The translations under genes were made by a program, and so were the position numbers. Shown piece by piece: positions 1-10,898 of a stretch of DNA of 64,000 bases (position 1 is the first letter of the stretch; the number at the start of each line of letters is the position of its first letter). The stretch comes from an uncultured Acidobacteriota bacterium (GTDB taxonomy: Bacteria; Acidobacteriota; Terriglobia; UBA7540). The stretch covers positions 4,560-68,559 of the forward strand of contig CAVROP010000090.1 in NCBI GenBank assembly GCA_963722675.1, in the 5' to 3' direction. The notes below the pieces were generated by a model, which was given only the letters and a program-made list of their open reading frames with translations, was not told where the DNA came from and made no database searches.

Positions 1-1692
1 ACGAGGACCACCGGCTGTTCCGCTCGTGCATGTTTTCGACCTACATGACCGATTACATCCCAGCCATCATGCGAGAGATCAACTCGCTCTACGATGTGGA
101 CGGCTTATTCACGAACGCCTGGCCGCCGCTGGGAAGTCTGCCAGTATGCCATTGTGCGATCTGCCGCAAGCTGCCGCCGAGCGGGACGGTCGAATACTGG
201 GACAAGTTCAACGAGCGCACGATTTTCCTCTGGAAGCTCTACGATTCGATCGCCAAGGAGAAGCGTGCGGGGAATTTCTACTTCGCCAATCTGGGTGGGG
301 GAATCCGCTGCTCGGCCAACTTGGTGGAACTGGGCGAACTCTGCGAGTGGTTCCAGGCCGACAACCAGGGGCGGGGCGGAGAAGATGCGCCGATTTGGGG
401 ATGTGCGATGCAGGGGCGTGTATGCCGCGCCGTGCAGAAAGGCAAGATGGCGACTAATGTGACCGGAGCCTGGTCAACGGGGCCGGTCCGTTGGCGGGGC
501 GTGGCCAAGTCGTGCGCCGAAGCCCGCATGTGGATGGACGAGACCGTGGCCAGTGGCATGGTGCCTTACCTGCACATCGTGGGCGCCGAGAATGGACTGG
601 GCGAAGACCGGCGCGCGCTTGAACCGGCGCGCGAATTCTTCAATTGGACCGCGCAGCACGACCAGCATCTCACCAACCAACGGTCAATTGGCACGATCGG
701 CGTGGTCATGGGACAACGTACCCAGTTGTTCTACCAACCTCCCCGGGGAGCTTCGGCCATGCAGTATATGGAGGGCCTGTACTTTGCGCTGCTCGAGGGG
801 CGTTTTCTCTTCGATTTCGTGCACGAGGAGAAGCTCGCGCTCCCGGAGCATCGAAAAGTACACGGCCTTGATGCTGCCGAACATTGCCCTGCTCAGCGAC
901 TCGCAACTACGCCAGTTGCGCGAATATGCGGAGGCGGGCGGCTCACTGCTGGCGACTTTTGAGACCGGTTTGTACACGGACAGGAACCAGAAGCGGGCGG
1001 ACTTTGGTTTGGCGGACGTCTTTGGAATCCGCAAGGCGGGCGAGATCATCGGCACAACCGGCAATGCCTACTCAGCGCGAATCGAGAAGCAGCACGCAAT
1101 CCTCGCCGGGTTCACCGGCACGAATTGGATTGCGGGAGCAGAGTACCGCGTACCCCTTGCACCCGTCGAAGAACCAATCCTGACTGTGGTGCCGGGCTCC
1201 GTGGCTTATCCTCCGGAGCTTTCTTATCCCGATCCTTCGCACACACGAGAGCCCGCAGTGGTTCTCCGCCAAAAGGGCAAAAGCCGGCTGGTGTACTTCC
1301 CTGGAGACGTCGACCGAACCCTGTGGCACTCCGGGCACACGGATCTCAGCCGGCTGCTACGCAACTCCATTCGGTGGGTGGCGGGACCGGAGCAGCCGAT
1401 AACTATTGAGGGAGAGGGCCTGATCGAGCCCTTCGCGTGGGAAACCGAGGCCGGTTACGCCGTCCATGTGCTGAACTACACGAACCCGGCGGTGCACCGC
1501 GGCTGGATCCGGGAATTCTATCCCATCGGTGAGCAGCACGTCCGAATGCGACTGCCGGAAGGCCGTCGTGTGTCGCGGGTGGAATTGCTGCGGGCCGCGA
1601 CGGAGGTCCCTTTTCAAGTGGCCGATGGCACCGTCACTTTCACCATACCGAAAGTCGTTGACTACGAGGTGGCGGCGGTGTCTTCACCGTGA
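1..1692 (+). pseudogene. Glycan-utilisation protein with beta-galactosidase-trimerisation-like C-terminal half. The 5' end lies outside the window and there is one frame disruption near 849.
   Basis: ORFs 30..962 and 553..1692 are two halves of one protein. The first frame stays open back to position 3. The junction FVHEEKLALPE|IEKYTALMLPNIALLSDSQLRQL is restored by removing one base near 849. The family call rests on overall resemblance only. Confidence 0.5.
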
Positions 1693-1723
1693 CTGAGGCT
1701 CGCAGGGCAGTCCCTACAACTTC

Positions 1724-3313
1724 TCACTGAGCGGCTGCCGGCTCCGGCGCGGAGTCGAGGAACTCGTAGCGATCTCGATGCTCCTCCGGCAGAGCCTGAC
1801 ACGGAACATTGAGGTGCATCACCTCATGAGTCTTGCCGAACTGTGGCCAGTTTGCCAGGCCGGGGCCGTTGGGGTCGCCTGTCTTTATGAAGTTCGCCCA
1901 GTAGGCGTTCATCGTTTTGGCCACCGTGTAGTCGTCAGGCTGCCAGTCCGCCTTCTTTGAATCGAGCATGGTGAATACATACTCGAGCTCCGCGGCGTGC
2001 GGCGACCCGAAAGTCTTCAAACCGGTTCCTTTTTCCGCCTCCGGTATCGGGACGGTTCGGTCAAATTGGTACCGGTAAACCGTGTTTACGGCTTTTGCCT
2101 GTTCGTCGAGCCATTTCCATGAACCAAAGACAATGAACCGGTCGCTGGCCAGATCGCCGGCGGACCGCAGCGCCTCCTCGTCGGTGGAGGCGCCGTACAC
2201 CTTCAGGGCGGCGTCGGCGCGAGACCCATACTCGCGGCGCAACTGCTCGGCGAAGGTCTTGGCGTTAGGCTTCTCCTTTGCCATCAGGACCGCCATGCGG
2301 ACCTCGTCCGCGTTCCACCCGGCCAGAAGCGGGACCTGGCTTTGTTTTCCCTGTGCAAAGATGGAGGGCACATCGGAGGGAAGGAAGTATCCATCCACGA
2401 TGGGCCAAAAGCCGAATCCGTTATCCTTCTTTGAGGCTTCGCGGACTAGATCCCCGGCAGGCATGGCCCGCAACTCAGTCAGATTTTTGCCGCCTCCGAT
2501 TTTCGCGGCGAACTCCGCGCCCTGCTTTTCAGCTTCCGCCAGTGATGATTGACCGTGCCCGCCCACCGGGCCGAAAAATGCTCCGCTTTCGCCAATCGCT
2601 TGCTGAAACAGACTGCGTGAGAGCGGGGAGGCCATGAGCGCACTGACCGAAAGCGATCCGGCCGATTCTCCGCCGATAGTCACCTTTTGCGGATCGCCGC
2701 CGAATGCCGCAATGTTTTGCCGTACCCATTCGAGCGCTGCAACCTGATCGAGCAATCCGTAGTTGCCGGACGCTTTGTGGGGAGATTCCTTGGTGAGTTC
2801 AGGGTGAGCGAAGAAGCCAAATATGCCCAGCCGGTAATTCGCGTTCACCACCACGATACCATGCTTTGCAAAACTCTCTCCATCGTACCGGGCCTCGTCG
2901 TTGGCTCCGGCGGCGAACCCGCCTCCGTAAAACCACAGATACACCGGAAGCCGTTCGTTCTTGGATCTTGCCGGAGTCCAGATCGTCAGATTGAGGCAGT
3001 CCTCGCTCATCTCTTTGCTGCGAAATACGATGTCGCCAAAGACCCTGGCCTGCATGCAACGCGGACCGAAGTCCACGGCTTTACGCCCGCCGCTCCAGTG
3101 CTTGACCGGCTGCGGCGGTTGCCAGCGCAAGTCGCCCACGGGAGGAGCCGCGAAGGGAACACCTCTAAAAATCCTCACCGAAGAGTCCGCGTTGACCGTG
3201 CCTTCCAGAATGCCGCTTGCGGTCTTCACCCGGTCAGCCGCTGAAGCCGCGCTCGCCAGAATAGCGACGCTTATTAGAACGTAGCTTGCGATAATGCGAT
3301 TACAGTTGATCAT
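1724..3313 (-). CDS. Secreted carboxylesterase, type B (COesterase family)
   Basis: 529-aa intact ORF with an N-terminal signal peptide (ILASAASAADR). It has the nucleophile elbow GESAGS and typical type-B blocks (FRGVPFAAPPVGDLRW, YGGGF). Confidence 0.85.
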   Translation of the reverse strand: MINCNRIIASYVLISVAILASAASAADRVKTASGILEGTVNADSSVRIFRGVPFAAPPVGDLRWQPPQPVKHWSGGRKAVDFGPRCMQARVFGDIVFRSKEMSEDCLNLTIWTPARSKNERLPVYLWFYGGGFAAGANDEARYDGESFAKHGIVVVNANYRLGIFGFFAHPELTKESPHKASGNYGLLDQVAALEWVRQNIAAFGGDPQKVTIGGESAGSLSVSALMASPLSRSLFQQAIGESGAFFGPVGGHGQSSLAEAEKQGAEFAAKIGGGKNLTELRAMPAGDLVREASKKDNGFGFWPIVDGYFLPSDVPSIFAQGKQSQVPLLAGWNADEVRMAVLMAKEKPNAKTFAEQLRREYGSRADAALKVYGASTDEEALRSAGDLASDRFIVFGSWKWLDEQAKAVNTVYRYQFDRTVPIPEAEKGTGLKTFGSPHAAELEYVFTMLDSKKADWQPDDYTVAKTMNAYWANFIKTGDPNGPGLANWPQFGKTHEVMHLNVPCQALPEEHRDRYEFLDSAPEPAAAQ

Positions 3314-3394
3314 GTGCTTCTCCGTTTAATCGCCGTCACCGCGCTTACGTATGGCGTGCGATGTTCACCTGCTACTCGCGCTGCCAAAGGTTAT

Positions 3395-3413
3395 CAAATC
3401 CCCCAGGGATTTG
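3395..3413. promoter_or_regulatory. Perfect 8-bp inverted repeat (caaatccc-cca-gggatttg) in the divergent esterase promoter region; candidate operator
   Basis: Read directly from the sequence. It lies in the 242-bp gap between the divergent starts at 3313 and 3556. A tatact -10-like hexamer is at 3502-3507. Confidence 0.3.
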
Positions 3414-3555
3414 CGAGAGTGGAATCGCGGCGCAGGCGTGGACTTTCCGCCGCACTCGGACACCACTTGAGTTCCCTTACAACAACCTGGGCGGCGCGGT
3501 GTATACTGCTGTCGCTTCAATAACTATTGTCATCGGCAAGGGTCAGGAGTCCCCA

Positions 3556-5114
3556 ATGTCCACCTTCGCTAGACTGGTTTTAGTCGGCTCAGCGTTTTTG
3601 CTCCTCGGCGCGTCGCCGAATGGCTCGCCAAAGCCGGTGCGAATCAGCACTGGTTTGATTTCGGGAACAACAGACAAAAACGATGTCACCGCCTACCTGG
3701 GCATTCCCTTCGGCGCGCCGCCGGTGGGGAACTGCGCTGGCGTCCTCCACAGCCCGCCCACCGCTGGGAGGGCGTGCGAACGGCCGACCATTTCGGTGCG
3801 AGCTGCATGCAGAATGAGCCTGGTTCGAGGCTTCCGTGGACGGAAGAATTCATGACGCAAGGCGCTGTGGGCGAGGATTGTCTTTTCTTGAACGTCTGGA
3901 CGTCCACGAGATCCTTCAGCGAAAAACGCGCCGTCATGGTCTATTTCTATGGCGGCGGATTCAACGAAGGCTCGAGTTCGGTGGCAGTTTACAACGGAGC
4001 AGAGCTTGCCCGGCAGGGCGTGATTGTGGTTACTTCCAACTATCGGGTCGGTCCGCTTGGCTTCCTTGTGCATCCCGACCTGACGAAAGAATCGCCACAT
4101 CACTCTTCGGGGAACTACGGATTGTTGGACCAGATTGCGGCCCTCGAGTGGGTGCAAAAGAACATTGCCGCTTTCGGCGGCGACCCCGGCCGCGTCACGA
4201 TTTTTGGGCAGTCCGCAGGCGCCATCTCCGTTGCCGACCTGATGCGTTCGCCGCTCGCCAAGGGCTTGTTCGCTAGGGCCATCGCTGAGAGCGGCCCCGG
4301 ATTGTTTCCGGAGAACCTGCATGGCGGAGGAGCAACGCTGGGGCAGAGGGAGCAAGAGGGCCTCAAATATGCCGAAGCGAAGGGGGCTCACTCGCTCGCC
4401 GAGTTACGCGCGCTGCCCGCTTCGGAGTTCTTCATTGCGACACCCGGCACCAAAGGCGCGCCCTCGGTTTCCGCTTTTCCCGTGACGGACGGATGGGTGC
4501 TCACCGCGGAACATCCGGCGCGCGAGGTCCCGCTTATCGTCGGGATGGTCGCAGGTGATGCTGCGTTCGCGAGCGGCTTCGGCCCACCCACGGCGCCCAC
4601 CGCCGCCTCTTACACAACCACCGCGCAGAAGACGTATGGCGACATGGCCGCAACTTTCCTGAAGCTTTACCCTGTCGAGAAGGATGCCGACGTTGCCGCT
4701 GCCCGGAAAGCTAGTCAAACGGATCGCGCCCGAGTCTCCATCGATTTCTGGTGCGAGAGCCAGTTGAAGAGAAGTAGGAGGGTTTACACCTACTTTTTCG
4801 ATCGCCCCACACCGTGGCCTGCGCATCCTGAATTCGGCGCCTTCCACACCTCGGAAGTTCCCTACATCTTCGAGACCCTCAAGCTGCTCGATCGTCCGTG
4901 GAAACCGGTGGACTTCAAGCTCTCGGATATCATGGCGTCCTATTGGTCCAACTTTGCCAAAACAGGCGATCCTAATGGATCAGGCCTGCCGCGATGGCCA
5001 AGCTATGACCCCGCCAGCCACAATACGATGGAATTGGGAGAGCATGTTGGAACTATGCCTGAAGCTGAACCTGCGAAGGTTGAGTTCTTCCTCGGCTATT
5101 TCAAGAAGTCGTGA
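3556..5114 (+). pseudogene. Carboxylesterase type B paralog with one frame disruption in a G-run at 3726-3729
   Basis: The ATG at 3556 gives a signal peptide (MSTFARLVLVGSAFLLLGA). Adding one G to the gggg run restores PPVGELRWRPPQPAHRWEGV, which parallels PPVGDLRWQPPQPVKHWSGG of the neighbouring esterase. The GQSAG elbow is present downstream. Confidence 0.8.
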
Positions 5115-6363
5115 CCTGTTGCGCCTTCTTATCGCGAAGGGTCAGGTTGGCGATCAGGGGTTTAGCCCAGAAGGAGACGCTGAGAACCCACCCAAAGGTT
5201 ACGTAGAGGAACATCATCCCCGTGCGGAGGCCGAACGCATCGCCGAGCCGCCCGATAATCAGCGGCACGATAGCTCCCCCCATAATCCCGACACAGAGTA
5301 TGCCCGCGAGCGGCCCGTGATATTCCGCCACGGAGTTCAGTCCCAACGAAATGATGATCGGCCACATCACCGACGCGCAAAAACCCATGGCAGGGAACGC
5401 CAGCCTTGCCGCAGGTCCCGGCCCAAACAAAGCCACCGTCAGGCATGCGAGCGCCCCGAGGCTGAAACAGAGCAGCACTTTGCGGCTGTCCAACAGCTTA
5501 AGCAGCAACATGCCCAGCGCGCAACCCGCCGTCATCAATCCCCAGAACCAGGCTACCGCCGCGGCCCCCGTGGTGTGCGGATCGTAGCCGTGATAGTGCG
5601 CGAGGAATTCGGAGATCCAGTCGGCGGTTCCCTGCTCGGAGCCCACATACATGAATATGCTGGCAAAGAACATGAGGACGACCGGCTTCCTCAGCAGATG
5701 CGCGTACATCTCGAGGGCGCCGGCCCTCTCCTCTTCAGTGCGCATCACCTGCGGGAAGCGTGAGGTCCACAGCGCGATGAGCATCAGGGCAATAACCACC
5801 GCGAAGATCCAGTACATGGATACCCAGGGCAAACTTTCCGGAACCACTCGGCTCAAAGCTCTCAGCGGGAGGTTTTCCTTTGCCGGGGCCTCGAGGTGCA
5901 GAACCACGTAAGAGTAAACCTGCGGGCTGACAAACGATGCGGCGCCGAAGACCAACTGGGCAAACGCCTCGTTGAATGCGAAATGTTCTTCGCCTCCGGC
6001 GACGCGCAAGAGAGGGTTGATCGCCACCTGCAGCGCGGCCATGCTTCCGCCCATCAGAAAAAGGGAGATCAGTGAGACTTGATAGACCGGCAAAAGCGCG
6101 AAAAACAAGGCGCCGGCCAGCGCCACCGCAAACGAGGCCAGCATTACCTTCTTTTCTCCCCACGCCTCCACCAGAAAGCCCGCGGGGATCGAAAGCACTC
6201 CATAGGCAATAAAGAACGAAAATGGCAGCAGGGCTGTGGCGGTGAGGCTTACGTGAAAGCTCTTGATAATATCCGGGATAATTGGACCGAGGATGTTGGT
6301 TAGAAACGAAATAACAAAGAAGGTGGTAAGGACCAGAGCCACCATGTACCTGCTGCGAGTCAT
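5101..6363 (-). CDS. MFS sugar transporter (FucP / glucose-galactose / NagP-like)
   Basis: 420 aa with about 12 predicted TM segments. The N-terminus (FFVISFLTNILGPIIPDIIKSF) is typical of the sugar-MFS FucP-like group. Confidence 0.75.
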   Translation of the reverse strand: MTRSRYMVALVLTTFFVISFLTNILGPIIPDIIKSFHVSLTATALLPFSFFIAYGVLSIPAGFLVEAWGEKKVMLASFAVALAGALFFALLPVYQVSLISLFLMGGSMAALQVAINPLLRVAGGEEHFAFNEAFAQLVFGAASFVSPQVYSYVVLHLEAPAKENLPLRALSRVVPESLPWVSMYWIFAVVIALMLIALWTSRFPQVMRTEEERAGALEMYAHLLRKPVVLMFFASIFMYVGSEQGTADWISEFLAHYHGYDPHTTGAAAVAWFWGLMTAGCALGMLLLKLLDSRKVLLCFSLGALACLTVALFGPGPAARLAFPAMGFCASVMWPIIISLGLNSVAEYHGPLAGILCVGIMGGAIVPLIIGRLGDAFGLRTGMMFLYVTFGWVLSVSFWAKPLIANLTLRDKKAQQVTTS

Positions 6364-6430
6364 GGTTAGATGCAGCCCCCTAACTCCGCGTTGAAGGGGC
6401 GACCCTGGTGGTTGCCCCGGAATGTCGCCT

Positions 6431-7486
6431 CTACTCGGCGACGGTCACCTTGGACCCCAGAGTAAAGCGGCCGGCCTCGCGGCCGCCTTGTGCAGCCAAT
6501 GCCAGAGTGACCATCTCGACGGGCAGGATCTCGAGAATCGGCAACACACTCTGAGGCGCGTCCGGAATGCGCAGGGAAGAGAGTCCCGCATTCTGCCCGA
6601 TCAATTCCGCTCTGCCGCCGTTCCGGCGGACGTCCTCGACCAGTTTTAGGTTCAATGTCCTGGTCTTCTCGTCGCCTTCGAAAACCAGAACTACCGTCTC
6701 TTCACTGAGCATCTCGAATGGCCCATGCCGGAGCGCGGCACTGCTCATTCCCTCGGAGTGGCGGTGAGTCGACTCCTTAATGATGAGGCCACCGGTCCCG
6801 GCAGCGGCGAGCGAGCCTCCCCGCCCGACCAGGAAGAGGTCGCGGGCGCCTTCCAGACAAGCGGCTAATTCGACGACGTGATCGCGCCAGCATTGCAGGT
6901 AGCCTCGAACCGCGGGAACCGCCGGCGCCAGTTCGGCGGTGGTCCCATACGGATTCGCATCAGTCAGAAGAGATCCCAACTGATGTAGCGCCATCAAAGC
7001 CGTCACATAGGTTTTGCAGGAAACCGAGAATTCCTCTCCCGCATTCGTCAAAAAAGCACTATCGGACTGCAAGGCCAGGGGGCTGTCGGCCGTGTTCGTG
7101 ACCCCAATGATCGCGAAGCGGCGTCCGTTGTCGTTAAGAAGACGAACGATCTCAGCGCTGCGCCCGGATTGAGAAACCGCGACGACCAGGCTCCGCTCGC
7201 CCAACAGGCTTGGGAAATAGTACAGCAGCTCTGAAGTCTCGAGCATGACAGTGGAAAGGCCGGCGGCCGTAAGGCGCGCGTGCAGAGGGTGGAGGGCATA
7301 GAAAGACGATCCCATCCCCGTCAGGACAATCCTCCCTATTTCTCCCTTTGCTAATCGCCCGAGAATCTCCTCGAAGCCCTCGGGCACGCTCAGACCACGG
7401 AGCGTCGCCTCCAGCGCCCGAGGCTGGTCCAGGATGTCACGAACGTAGTCGTTTTCAATAATGGTGTAATTAGTATTAGCAGGCAC
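6431..7486 (-). CDS. Double-SIS-domain sugar-phosphate isomerase/deaminase (AgaS / NagB-II-like)
   Basis: Two SIS blocks are present (LTGMGSSFYA, VGRGGSLAAAG). The ORF is open to 7561 (GTG), but the GTG at 7486 has a GGAGA Shine-Dalgarno 5 nt upstream and gives a typical N-terminus, so I prefer 7486. Confidence 0.7.
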   Translation of the reverse strand: MPANTNYTIIENDYVRDILDQPRALEATLRGLSVPEGFEEILGRLAKGEIGRIVLTGMGSSFYALHPLHARLTAAGLSTVMLETSELLYYFPSLLGERSLVVAVSQSGRSAEIVRLLNDNGRRFAIIGVTNTADSPLALQSDSAFLTNAGEEFSVSCKTYVTALMALHQLGSLLTDANPYGTTAELAPAVPAVRGYLQCWRDHVVELAACLEGARDLFLVGRGGSLAAAGTGGLIIKESTHRHSEGMSSAALRHGPFEMLSEETVVLVFEGDEKTRTLNLKLVEDVRRNGGRAELIGQNAGLSSLRIPDAPQSVLPILEILPVEMVTLALAAQGGREAGRFTLGSKVTVAE

Positions 7487-7626
7487 GCTGATCTCCAGAG
7501 AGTGTCCATATCGAAGTAACCCTTTCCCGCCACGCTCCGGCTGACGAAAGCGCCGGAGCACGATATCTTTGCCCCAGGAGAGAGGGTTGTTCCTTCAGTT
7601 CGAGGGGGCGGCCACGCGGGCCGCCG

Positions 7627-8541
7627 CTACCTCGCGAAGCGATGCTGCCAGACCTGGGCCGCGCCAATCAGGGCGACGTCCGGGCCCAGGGACGCAAGCG
7701 TAATCTCCACACGTTCGAAGGGCACCAGGCGGCAATTCTCGCGAATGACCTGACGAATGCGACCGAGAAACAAATCCGCGCTTTTCATCACGCCGCCACC
7801 GAGCACGACGGCATCCGGGGTAAACACACTGACGATATTGGCGAGTCCCACCCCCAAGTAGTAGCCCTCGCGCTCCACGGCGCGCCGGGCCCATTCGGCG
7901 CCCTCCGCGGCCCGCCCGCAGATGAGCTTGGCGCTCAACTCCTGGCCGCCGTAACTGCCCGAAGCGTTGGCCTTAACCCACTCCACCATGGCCGGGCCGC
8001 TGGCCAGGCTCTCCCAGCAACCCCGAGCGCCGCAAGAGCAAGGCGGACCCGAGGGTTCAACAACGTGGTGTCCGATCTCGGGATGGCAGCCGCCGGCCCC
8101 GCGATAGACCTTGCCTTCCAGTATCACACTCGCGCCGATTCCAGTGCTGATGGTGACATAGACCAGGGTGATTTTTCCCTTGCCGGCTCCCCAGACCGCC
8201 TCTCCGAGGCCCGCCGCGTCCGCATCATTCTCCATCGCCACCGTCACACCGAATTTCGCTGACAGTGTCTCAACCGGGTTGCCCCCCTCCCAACCCGGGA
8301 GCAGATTGACATTGCCCAACGCGCCCGAAACCGGGTCCACCGGCCCTGTGCACCCAATGCCAATTCCCTTAATCCCCGTTTGGCCGACGCATTGAGCGAG
8401 CATTTCGGCCACACGTCGCATAGCATCGGCGAAGCCCCGGGGCACGTCGGTGGGGCACTCCGCCTTGGCCAGGACGCGTCCTTCCTCGTCCACGACCCCT
8501 GCGGCGATTTTGGTTCCTCCGATATCGACCGCGCCGATCAT
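7627..8541 (-). CDS. ROK-family sugar kinase (glucokinase / N-acetylglucosamine kinase-like)
   Basis: N-terminal AVDIGGTK ATP-binding motif and the ROK zinc motif CSCGARGCWE. Confidence 0.85.
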   Translation of the reverse strand: MIGAVDIGGTKIAAGVVDEEGRVLAKAECPTDVPRGFADAMRRVAEMLAQCVGQTGIKGIGIGCTGPVDPVSGALGNVNLLPGWEGGNPVETLSAKFGVTVAMENDADAAGLGEAVWGAGKGKITLVYVTISTGIGASVILEGKVYRGAGGCHPEIGHHVVEPSGPPCSCGARGCWESLASGPAMVEWVKANASGSYGGQELSAKLICGRAAEGAEWARRAVEREGYYLGVGLANIVSVFTPDAVVLGGGVMKSADLFLGRIRQVIRENCRLVPFERVEITLASLGPDVALIGAAQVWQHRFAR

Positions 8542-8570
8542 TGCAACTCCCTTCGCTGCGCCCGAACAAC

Positions 8571-8646
8571 CCCCTCACCCGGCCCGCCCCGGCTGATGAG
8601 AACGCCGGCTGCGGTCCACCCTCTCCCCCAAGGGGGAGAGGGCGTG
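8571..8646. repeat. REP family A copy 1 (nested GC-rich palindromes)
   Basis: Sequence is cccctcaccc ... ccggctgatgagaacgccgg ... ccctctccccc-aag-ggggagaggg. The same modules recur at 22942, 23141, 39077, 49888 and 57478. Confidence 0.8.
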
Positions 8647-8684
8647 CGTCCCATGTAAGGCTGGACCTTGCGGCCGCCCGTGCT

Positions 8685-10898
8685 TCATTTCCACGCGAAG
8701 ACCGCCGCGCCGTACGGCTGCAAATCCAATTCCCACTGCGAGCCCTGAAACGACACCGGCTGTTCTCCGTCGAGTGTCAGGCGCCGGATTGACTTCAATG
8801 GTACCGCAGAAGCCACCGATACATGCTCGGACTTGCCATGGTGATTGACAACGATAACATAACCGTGGTCCCGCGCGTCCAGCGACATTGCCTCTACGGA
8901 AGGTTGACCGGTACGGAAGCGGGGCTTGATTCCCGCCCAATCGCGAAACGCCTGATAAATCCGGTAGGAATTTTCCTCTTTGTCGAAGGCAGCGGGGACA
9001 TTTGCTAAATAGGTTTCCAGCGGATAGGCGCAGACGAGCGTGAAGCCTTTGCCCAGGTGATTGGCGACGAGCGCCGGGCGCCCGTCCTGGTCGAGAGCAA
9101 TCGTGGCGCCGCCCCGCACGTTGAGTGTCGCCGCCCATTGCCGAGGCCCGCCGCCACCGGAATAATGGAAAGTGTCACCACTCTTCAGGCCGCCCCAATC
9201 AGTCACAACCTTAAGCGTCACATCGCTCACGGGAGAATGATCCAGCAGACGGGCGCCGAAGAGGCCTTCCATCTCCGGAATCGCGGCGTCTCCGCAAAGC
9301 GAAGCGTAAAGGGCTCCGCCGTTTTCGACGTACCGGCGCGCCTTTTCCCAGAAGTCGGAGTGCACGTGAACGAGGAAATTGTCCGTGCTGGTCAAAGGCG
9401 AGGGCAGCAACAACATCGGTCTCGATTGCCAATCCGAATACTCGCGAGGGAAATCCGCCTTCAAGCCTGCTTGTCGCGCCAGGATGAACGCCGAGAGCCA
9501 ACTCCCCGTCAACCAGCCATTCTCCTCCGACAGATCGGGCAGCTTCTGCCCCGCCACCGCGCCACCTTCGTCAGTTGACGTATAGGGAACAATCGCAGGA
9601 CCGGTGAGTCCGAAATGAAATTCGTCACCGTAGGGCTTCGACCATTCATCAGGAACGATGATGCCGGCTGTGGCGGACGCCGGCTCAACGCCGGCAAGGT
9701 CCAGCCTTCCGACGATCTTCTCGAAGTCTTCGAACATTTTCCCTGTGGCACGCTCTTTCCCATCCCAAGTTGTCAATCCGAATTGGGTTTCATGCGGAGA
9801 ACGCAGATATGGGACGAGGCGATACTGCCGGGGTGCGGCGTCGGTATAGCACCAAATCAGGAACCCGTCCGCTCCGGCCCCCAACGCGGAATAGAGATTT
9901 GCCCGAAGGTACGCCGCGATCTGCTCGGGTTCGTATTGCGCCGAAGAGGCTCCGATTTCCTGCACCATAACCGGATGCCCGGCACTCCCGGAAAGAGCCG
10001 TTTCGAGCGCCGCGGCATACGTTCCTCGCGTGGAAAGCATGGCATCGGGGAAAAGTTTCTGGGAGTAGATTGAATAAGGGTGCACGCTGAAGAAATCGAC
10101 TTCGTCGCGGAGGTTGTCAGGACGGAAGGGACCACGCCCCACGTCCTCCATGCTGGTGCCCACGACGAGAGGATGGAGAGAATCGTAACGTCGGATCGCC
10201 CCGCGCAGCAGACGCGTCCAGTTGATGGCCATGGAATCCGTCGTCTGATCAGAAATCCAGAAGGGAGGCTCGTCCGTCAGGTCCCAGGCAAGAATCGCGG
10301 TTTCCTTGCCGTAACGGCGAGCAAACTCGGCGGCGAAGTCGGTCTCCAGTCGCAGCATGTACGGGTCAGACTGGGGATTACGACCCTGACGATACGGCAC
10401 GTCCCAAAAGGCTTCCCCCACTTCCCCGCCGATCAAGATTATGGGATGGAGGTAAATGTGATAGCGGTGAGCCAGGGAAACAAGAAAATCGAGCCCCTTG
10501 AAAGCCTCGGGGTTGAAATCACCGGGCCGCGGCTCGAACCATGCCCAGACCATATCGAGACGTATAGTGTTGAAACCCAGTTCGTGCATGCGTGCGAAAT
10601 CCGCCTCGACCGACTTCGGATCCCACTGGTAAGGCCACTCCATGGCAGCTCGAGCGGGAACCCAGTTGGCGCCCACGGGAATGAAGCGGCGTCCTTCGCG
10701 CGAGAAGTAGTTGCCGTCCAGTCGAACGGCCGGCAGCGGAGCTTCGTTCTGCCCCTGCTGCGAAGACGGCGCGCTCGCCGCGCTCTGTTGTCTCTGCGCC
10801 CCGCCTAGGGTTGGCGGCGCCCAGATCAGGCACAAGACCACCAATCCGTAAAGGCGCCACGAGACACGATTAAGAATTCCGTCGGTTGTCCGAAGCAT
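8685..10898 (-). CDS. Secreted clan GH-A (GH5/GH42-like TIM-barrel) glycoside hydrolase with a large C-terminal domain
   Basis: 737 aa with a signal-like N-terminus. The block FNTIRLDMVWAWFEPRPGDFNP and the acid/base-like motif AWDLTDEPPFW support the call. The exact GH family is not resolved by eye. Confidence 0.6.
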   Translation of the reverse strand: MLRTTDGILNRVSWRLYGLVVLCLIWAPPTLGGAQRQQSAASAPSSQQGQNEAPLPAVRLDGNYFSREGRRFIPVGANWVPARAAMEWPYQWDPKSVEADFARMHELGFNTIRLDMVWAWFEPRPGDFNPEAFKGLDFLVSLAHRYHIYLHPIILIGGEVGEAFWDVPYRQGRNPQSDPYMLRLETDFAAEFARRYGKETAILAWDLTDEPPFWISDQTTDSMAINWTRLLRGAIRRYDSLHPLVVGTSMEDVGRGPFRPDNLRDEVDFFSVHPYSIYSQKLFPDAMLSTRGTYAAALETALSGSAGHPVMVQEIGASSAQYEPEQIAAYLRANLYSALGAGADGFLIWCYTDAAPRQYRLVPYLRSPHETQFGLTTWDGKERATGKMFEDFEKIVGRLDLAGVEPASATAGIIVPDEWSKPYGDEFHFGLTGPAIVPYTSTDEGGAVAGQKLPDLSEENGWLTGSWLSAFILARQAGLKADFPREYSDWQSRPMLLLPSPLTSTDNFLVHVHSDFWEKARRYVENGGALYASLCGDAAIPEMEGLFGARLLDHSPVSDVTLKVVTDWGGLKSGDTFHYSGGGGPRQWAATLNVRGGATIALDQDGRPALVANHLGKGFTLVCAYPLETYLANVPAAFDKEENSYRIYQAFRDWAGIKPRFRTGQPSVEAMSLDARDHGYVIVVNHHGKSEHVSVASAVPLKSIRRLTLDGEQPVSFQGSQWELDLQPYGAAVFAWK

